Assembly: GCA_041641305.1 (NCBI GenBank)
Contig: JBEPYN010000002.1
Location: 288,001 to 352,000 of the forward strand
DNA: 64,000 nucleotides
Source: Nitrososphaerota archaeon
GTDB taxonomy: Archaea > Thermoproteota > Nitrososphaeria_A > Caldarchaeales > Caldarchaeaceae
Reading direction: 5' to 3'
Within the stretch, counting starts at the first letter, position 1, and every line of letters begins with the position of its first letter. The translations under genes were made by a program, and so were the position numbers. Shown piece by piece: positions 58,971 through 64,000 of the stretch. The notes beneath the pieces were generated by a model. That model searched no databases, had not been told where the DNA came from, and saw only the letters and a program-made list of their open reading frames with translations.

Positions 58971-59044
58971 CCTTCTAAGCTGGGGGTCGTGAGTCAGACC
59001 TTTACAGTAGGCGGCCGGTAGGTTTCAAGTCCCACCCGGGCCCA
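58971..59044 (+). pseudogene. 3' half of tRNA-Arg(TCT)-like gene with T-arm intron-like insert (att-site remnant or split-tRNA piece)
   Basis: C-CTTCTAA-GCTGG (anticodon loop plus 3' stem), GGGTC, GTG[about 30-nt hairpin insert]G(G/T)TTCAAGTCCCAC, CGGGCCC-A. No GGGCCCG 5' half was found nearby. Confidence 0.6.
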
Positions 59045-59073
59045 ATAGCCTACAACATCATATTGGTCGTTGT

Positions 59074-59853
59074 TTATTCTATTCTTGGTGCTTGGTATAT
59101 TGTTAATAAGATATCCTTTATCTTAGCTCTAATAGCCATAGGAGCTGGCTTATTACTACCATGTATATAAAAGCATAGACTAACCCCCATACAACCAAGC
59201 CTATCAAGACCTTTAACACTCTCATAAATATACCCGAAGGAAAAACACTGCCTATCCAAATAACCCCATCCAGGAGCCTTAACAACCTTCTCCATATTAT
59301 CGTCCCAAACCTTTAAAACCCCATCATGATAACTAAACCTGACATAGTCATAGTTGTTTGTGAAGATAGCTAATATGGATAGAAGCTCTTTTGTGGGGAT
59401 TTTGACCTCTGCGCATCTATCATGCTCAATATCCCATACAAGCTCCTCAACCTTCAAACCAGCATCATTCTCCCTATAAACAACCATATCACCATACCTA
59501 ATCACCCCAATCTGAGAAAAATCATAGACAAGAGGTGTGTCTGATTTGATGCTTCTAAGGGCTTTAAGAGCGTTCTCAAGGTTTAAAAGACCTAACGGAG
59601 GCTCAACAACAGGGTTCTCAAAAACCCCGTCAACGGTTAAACGGACACAGGTAACATGGGTAGGGCTTAAAACGGCGCTGTTTAAAACACCATTCCTCAC
59701 ATAAACCCCGAAATTATCGAAATAATGCGAGCGTAGCATCTTGAAAAACGCCTTAAGCCTTGAGGCTGGCATAGCTATACGCAACGGCTTAACCTCAACC
59801 CTCTCAACAGCATCCATCTCAACCCTCTCAAGAAACATATCCAAGCTTGTCAT
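59074..59853 (-). CDS. Divergent PCNA-like sliding clamp
   Basis: 259 aa; LSPTHVTCVRL (cf. MDPSHVAL), LNLENALKALR, FSFGYI and C-terminal YQAPRIE (cf. LAPRIE). Confidence 0.75.
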   Translation of the reverse strand: MTSLDMFLERVEMDAVERVEVKPLRIAMPASRLKAFFKMLRSHYFDNFGVYVRNGVLNSAVLSPTHVTCVRLTVDGVFENPVVEPPLGLLNLENALKALRSIKSDTPLVYDFSQIGVIRYGDMVVYRENDAGLKVEELVWDIEHDRCAEVKIPTKELLSILAIFTNNYDYVRFSYHDGVLKVWDDNMEKVVKAPGWGYLDRQCFSFGYIYESVKGLDRLGCMGVSLCFYIHGSNKPAPMAIRAKIKDILLTIYQAPRIE

Positions 59854-59955
59854 GGCTAAACCATCTTATCCAAAGTATTTAACCGACTTAGGCCAACAAG
59901 GGAATGTAACTATCTCCTCATAAGAACGCTGGTCTTCATACAACCTTCAAAAACC

Positions 59956-60594
59956 TTATCCCTGACCATTATTGTTCGGCTCTTCCTCATTTTCGTCAAA
60001 ATCGAAATCATACCGCTTAACATCCCCTCTTCTCTTTCTCGGCTTCTCTCTTAGTTTAAGACCACACATAGGGCAGTAAGGCTTCTCAAGCTTGAGCTGA
60101 AAAGCGGTAAGACAATGGGAGCAAAAACCATGACCTTTTCTATAGAAAGGCTGTCTCGACGCTGGATAGAAAAAGGCAAGCTTCTCGTCAGGCTTATAAG
60201 ACATACACAGCATATTATCCTCAACCCATAAATCAACCCTGATACGGTTGCCGTCCCAGCCGTTGAACAGGCCAGCATATTGGCTCGGTATCCTAAGCCT
60301 CAGCCCCGCTGTCGTGTCGTAACGGCCCGTAAACCTCTCCCCCCTCACAACCGCTATATAATCGCCCTTCGGAGGTAACTCAAATTCCTTAAAAACACGG
60401 ATAGGTAGCTTAAGCCTCAAAGTGCCAGACGCTTCATGTATAATCCTCGCCTCCATGCCTTCAAGAACCTTCTTAGGCGAAAAATCATCAATACGGCTAT
60501 TCATAGCATTCTCTTTTCCATGAAACGATAAAGGCTTTGCCTGAACATCTTCATCAGGTTTGGGTGGCTGAAAATCCTCTTCACGACCGTTCAT
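59956..60594 (-). CDS. Hypothetical protein with AbrB-like repeats and C-terminal Zn ribbon
   Basis: GTLRLKLP / GLRLRIP segments; CSHC...CPMCG..LR.KPR. Confidence 0.6.
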   Translation of the reverse strand: MNGREEDFQPPKPDEDVQAKPLSFHGKENAMNSRIDDFSPKKVLEGMEARIIHEASGTLRLKLPIRVFKEFELPPKGDYIAVVRGERFTGRYDTTAGLRLRIPSQYAGLFNGWDGNRIRVDLWVEDNMLCMSYKPDEKLAFFYPASRQPFYRKGHGFCSHCLTAFQLKLEKPYCPMCGLKLREKPRKRRGDVKRYDFDFDENEEEPNNNGQG

Positions 60595-60792
60595 AGCTTA
60601 TTCTACTTGATGAAATTATAAAAGCGTTAAACAATCTCTGAAAACCAGAAATTCTGGCTCTCCACGGCTTAGAAAGCCAAAATACCTCAAAAAACCATGT
60701 CATAAACACTTTGGCCACAAAAATGCAAAATTTCGCCACTACCTGGCGTAAATCGTCGAAATAAAAACAAGGAGTTTAGCGAAAGCCATACT

Positions 60793-61263
60793 TCATACCT
60801 CACTCTCCGTCGTCTTCGCCTTCTCCTCGATAAGGTCTGCGATACGTTTCAGGAAATCAGCATCGCTCTCATCCAAGGTCATCCAGCTCTCCATCGGAGG
60901 AATGAAACGTAGCTCGTAATAATGTAGAAAAGGCATCATACCACCCTTGAAAAACACCCTCAGCTTGAACCCTCTCTTCTCTCCAGCCAACCTAAGCCAC
61001 CTCGTTATCCTGCGGTCTGGACAAACAAATTTCCGAGCCAGCCCTTGTCTCTCAACCTCGTCCAGCCTCTCCATGGCCGCGTCTCTCAAATCAGGGCTTC
61101 TGAGGAAAACCAGCAGACAACGGCACCCATCCGTGGCAAACATAAACCATAGATGCGGATGGTTATCAGTCGTGGCGGTAACAACCTCCAAAAACGGCGT
61201 ATCATTAGAAATTCCTGTTCTCACATCCCTTATAGCGTTCACATCACAGAGCAAGGAAACCAC
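60793..61263 (-). CDS. Hypothetical (element) protein
   Basis: 156-aa ORF overlapping the upstream ORF, preceded by GAGGTGG. Confidence 0.6.
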   Translation of the reverse strand: MVSLLCDVNAIRDVRTGISNDTPFLEVVTATTDNHPHLWFMFATDGCRCLLVFLRSPDLRDAAMERLDEVERQGLARKFVCPDRRITRWLRLAGEKRGFKLRVFFKGGMMPFLHYYELRFIPPMESWMTLDESDADFLKRIADLIEEKAKTTESEV

Positions 61264-61481
61264 CTCTCTACCTCACTATTATAGGGCAGAAAATCCTCAA
61301 CATCCTTACCCGCCATCATAGCCCAAAGCCTGAAATACAACACGAAATTCAGAAGCCTTCCATAGCTGGGCCGCTCCCTCAACCCGTCCAACTTCAGCAA
61401 CAATTGAACAGGCATGTCGTTGCTAAATCTTCTCCACACTTCTTCACACCAATCCTGAACCGAACGCTGATGAACGCTCAT
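61239..61481 (-). CDS. Hypothetical (element) protein
   Basis: 80-aa ORF with TTTTTATT about 25 nt upstream. Confidence 0.55.
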   Translation of the reverse strand: MSVHQRSVQDWCEEVWRRFSNDMPVQLLLKLDGLRERPSYGRLLNFVLYFRLWAMMAGKDVEDFLPYNSEVERWFPCSVM

Positions 61482-61599
61482 GTCTGAAACATCTCAACCT
61501 AAGAATAAAAACAGAAAAGGCCTGCCCAGTATTTGTCGGCCTTCACCAATTCAGACATGGCCTTAAATAATTAAATCCATCCAAGGCATAGCGTATTGT

Positions 61600-62043
61600 A
61601 TGTTGTCATACGTGGCCGCAATGCTATACGCACACGTCCTCAGAGACCATGCACCGCCCTCTCCCCCAATAACGATATCAATTGATGCTTTCAAGGCTTA
61701 TGTCAAGGAACTTGGCGTAATTGACATGATAGGTGAGGAGGAGGTTGAGCCGTATCTGAGCATGCTCGCTAAACTCGGATTTATTGAAAAATATGAAAAC
61801 AACAAGATAACGATACATGAGGAGGGCTGGGAACTACTCAACTCTCATTGGTTTGAACTTAGAAAGTCATGGCTGAGGAAAATAAGTATCGTTAATGAAT
61901 TGTTGTCTAAGATTGAGGACAGCCTTACAGTAAGTCGGGGCTCACCGAATAGGGCGGGAGAAAACACCGTAAAATTAGTTCTGACCGCGCCACCCACAGC
62001 ATCTATGACGATTGTATTCATGTTCGACACCTCAGGCCGCTAA
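61600..62043 (+). CDS. Winged-helix-like protein, sole plus-strand gene of the element (candidate regulator)
   Basis: YLSMLAKLGFIEK...ITIHEEG wHTH wing pattern; TTAAAT upstream. Confidence 0.55.
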   Translation: MLSYVAAMLYAHVLRDHAPPSPPITISIDAFKAYVKELGVIDMIGEEEVEPYLSMLAKLGFIEKYENNKITIHEEGWELLNSHWFELRKSWLRKISIVNELLSKIEDSLTVSRGSPNRAGENTVKLVLTAPPTASMTIVFMFDTSGR

Positions 62044-62452
62044 ACTCCTTGAATACATGAGAAGAGCGTTTTCAAAAAACCGTCTCTGCTCATTTGTAAG
62101 AGCTATCTCTGTGATGATGTGGTTATCAAGGTTATCATTTGAGAAAACGGCGACGTAAAAAACACCAGAAGACGCCACCGCCATCAACCACTCCTCTACA
62201 TCTTCGAAAACCCCTAAATATTCTTCGCTGGAATGAAGCAGAACCCTGACGAGGAGCCTTCCATCAAACATGAAATTGCAACAATGAGGGGTTTCAACCT
62301 TTTCCACAAAAACTACTATACACGGGCGCCCACGTATTACTGCGAGTTTAATATCACTCTTGGGGAACGACGACAAGCTCCACCACCTCTCCATCCCTCA
62401 TAAATTTCTTCAAAGCTTCAGGCTTTGAAGAAACACGGTAAACTGTTTTCAT
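62032..62452 (-). CDS. Hypothetical protein, probably frameshifted in a C4 run near 62362-62365
   Basis: MKTVYRVSSKPEALKKFMRDGEVVELVVVP joins KSDIKLAV... after removing one C. TTTAAA lies about 25 nt upstream of ATG 62452. Confidence 0.55.
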
Positions 62453-62493
62453 ACCTGCTTCTAAACCCGCTAAACATTTAAACAGCTCAGGCC

Positions 62494-62853
62494 TCATTCT
62501 TCAACCAAACCCGTCCGAGGACGCATTTGGAGTGCTTCGCTGATATGCATGTATGTATAACTGTTGAAGCTGAGGCTCTGCCCCCGATTTATCATATGTG
62601 ATTTATTCAATTCAGAGGCTTTCTTCTCCGCTTCGTCCTGGGTGTAAGCGGTGTCCACAACCGTAAACTCACGCATGTAACCGTTGTCAAACTCCTGAAG
62701 GACGAGGTAAAAGCTATGGCTGTCGCATACGACAGCACCCATATCGCTTAAATAAATTGCTTGTTTACCGACAAGCGGTTTAGAACATAGAAGGCATGAG
62801 CCATAGCGGGCTGTGATGCTGTAAACTCTCGGAGGCTTCAAATAATACCTCAT
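62494..62853 (-). CDS. Zn-finger-containing hypothetical protein
   Basis: CLLC...CDSH; ATGA overlap with the upstream gene. Confidence 0.6.
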   Translation of the reverse strand: MRYYLKPPRVYSITARYGSCLLCSKPLVGKQAIYLSDMGAVVCDSHSFYLVLQEFDNGYMREFTVVDTAYTQDEAEKKASELNKSHMINRGQSLSFNSYTYMHISEALQMRPRTGLVEE

Positions 62854-63077
62854 TCAGCCTCATCCTCGTCTACACAGTGTTCCACTACTTTTGAGCCTGC
62901 TCTGCTCATCTGCTCGTAAAGCCAATCCTCAACAGCCTCGTATTGCGCCCGATACTTCTCAAATACATGGTCAGCCCTCGGGTCTGATACACAGTCTCCA
63001 CATACATAGAAAATCAGCTCAATCTCGAAATCAAATTTCTCTTTCTTACCGCAAACCTCACATTTATACACACTCAT
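62850..63077 (-). CDS. Small Zn-finger protein
   Basis: CEVC...CGDC. Confidence 0.65.
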   Translation of the reverse strand: MSVYKCEVCGKKEKFDFEIELIFYVCGDCVSDPRADHVFEKYRAQYEAVEDWLYEQMSRAGSKVVEHCVDEDEAE

Positions 63078-63102
63078 GCCAACAAATTGTCAAGCCATGT
63101 AT

Positions 63103-63330
63103 TTAATCGGATGAGGCCCCCGCATGTTTTCTATCCATAAAATCACGAATTAAAAGCTCTCTATGACCGCATTTAGGACATTCATAGTCAATAGGTTCAC
63201 AATCTACATCCTCAACATAGCTTGGCTGAATATTCGGCGATGGAAAGACCTTGAAAATTTTGACCACGGAGAGATGCTCTAACAAATATGTAAGCTTCTC
63301 TCCACAGCCTGGACACTTAAACCTCGCCAC
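63103..63330 (-). CDS. Small Zn-ribbon protein
   Basis: CPGC...CPKC, with GGAG-rich RBS upstream. Confidence 0.65.
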   Translation of the reverse strand: MARFKCPGCGEKLTYLLEHLSVVKIFKVFPSPNIQPSYVEDVDCEPIDYECPKCGHRELLIRDFMDRKHAGASSD

Positions 63331-64000
63331 CTACTCCCCCCTCTTTCTGTCTCAAATAAGACAGGAGCGCGTCATCTACAAACACGTCATAGAACCCTTT
63401 AATCTCGCTACTGCGCTTAACCACATGAGGCACCCCGCGGAAATCAAGGAAATGCGACAACTCCTTGGCATGAAGCCGCGACAACGTATATTTCCTTCCC
63501 TCGCCTCTCTCCAGAGCTTCCATGCGTTTTTTAAGGATGCTGAAAAGCCTAAGCCATAGAAGCGCCATTCCTTTGACATATCTGTAATCGTCTCCATAGT
63601 ATAGCCCTTGTTTGTAGCATTCCTCGATAACCTTCAACTTTCTCTTCATGTGTCTGATTGCTTTATGAACCGTCCCGTGGTCAATAAGGGCGACAACATA
63701 TGCCTGCATCAACGGCATCCTCGGCCACGGCGCAGTAGAGTGGACATACGGTATCTTCCCCGCTAAAGCCTTCTCGATAAGGGGCACAACCTCTTTTCTA
63801 TGCCTCTCTGCACCTATTCCACGGTAATCATGTAAAATGTCTCCTATAATCGCCTTGACATCAACGTCTCGTATAACCAACTTCTCGTATATGTCGGACT
63901 CAAGGACGACCTCGTAGTGATAAGCATCTATTATCTTCGCGATAACCCCCCAACGATTATGGTGCTGAGAAAGCTCAGGGTCAAAACATCCATTAATTTT
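63317..64000 (-). CDS. Hypothetical protein, 5' end outside window
   Basis: The reading frame of the listed 187-aa ORF stays open to position 64000 (KINGCFDPELSQHHNRWG...). Confidence 0.65.
   Translation of the reverse strand, partial: KINGCFDPELSQHHNRWGVIAKIIDAYHYEVVLESDIYEKLVIRDVDVKAIIGDILHDYRGIGAERHRKEVVPLIEKALAGKIPYVHSTAPWPRMPLMQAYVVALIDHGTVHKAIRHMKRKLKVIEECYKQGLYYGDDYRYVKGMALLWLRLFSILKKRMEALERGEGRKYTLSRLHAKELSHFLDFRGVPHVVKRSSEIKGFYDVFVDDALLSYLRQKEGGVGGEV

Larger units (their letters stand above)
59045..64000. mobile_element. Provirus-like or integrated element (continues beyond window)
   Basis: Begins right after the tRNA fragment. It shows lower GC and many short co-oriented orphan and Zn-finger ORFs, and includes a divergent PCNA. 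No integrase or capsid gene was seen within the window. Confidence 0.7.

Noticed and set aside
60630-60790. Candidate replication origin of the element (short hairpins CCAGAA/TTCTGG, CGCCA/TGGCG)
   Set aside because: The stems are only 5-6 bp, with no iterons or initiator gene nearby.

Overview
Archaeal genomic window of about 50% GC, with mostly leaderless genes behind TTTAAA/TTTATA boxes. Gene content and a non-canonical tRNA intron suggest a Caldarchaeales/'Aigarchaeota'-like thermophile; this placement is inference. Layout: (1) 1-804, fused remnants of a LAGLIDADG gene and an acylphosphatase-coiled-coil gene. (2) 860-6671, housekeeping genes including a 4xCBS-HPF ribosome hibernation candidate and Mrp/ApbC. 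(3) 5.5-25.6 kb, a catabolic block with three Liv-type ABC importers, two LLM/Mer-like oxidoreductases, an orphan Mo-hydroxylase large subunit and a class V PLP enzyme. (4) An intron-containing tRNA-Leu(TAG) followed by an accessory island (25.8-40.8 kb). The island holds a decayed tRNA-Ser-like copy, a truncated KaiC-like gene, and a Tat-exported PaoABC-like Mo-hydroxylase divergently paired with a di-heme cytochrome b. It also holds a small protein plus two catalytically dead retropepsin-like proteins, a HAD pseudoenzyme, an ABC exporter and a LAGLIDADG/wHTH/RHH mobile remnant. (5) 40.8-58.7 kb, core genes: L3-L4-L23-L2-S19, priL, sod, nth, bcp, rpoD-L18e-L13-S9-rpoN-eno-S2 and polB2. (6) From about 58.8 kb, a rearrangement scar (tpiA 5' fragment and a tRNA-Arg 3' half) and a provirus-like region encoding a divergent PCNA that runs off the window end. 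All family assignments come from motif recognition by eye; no searches were run.
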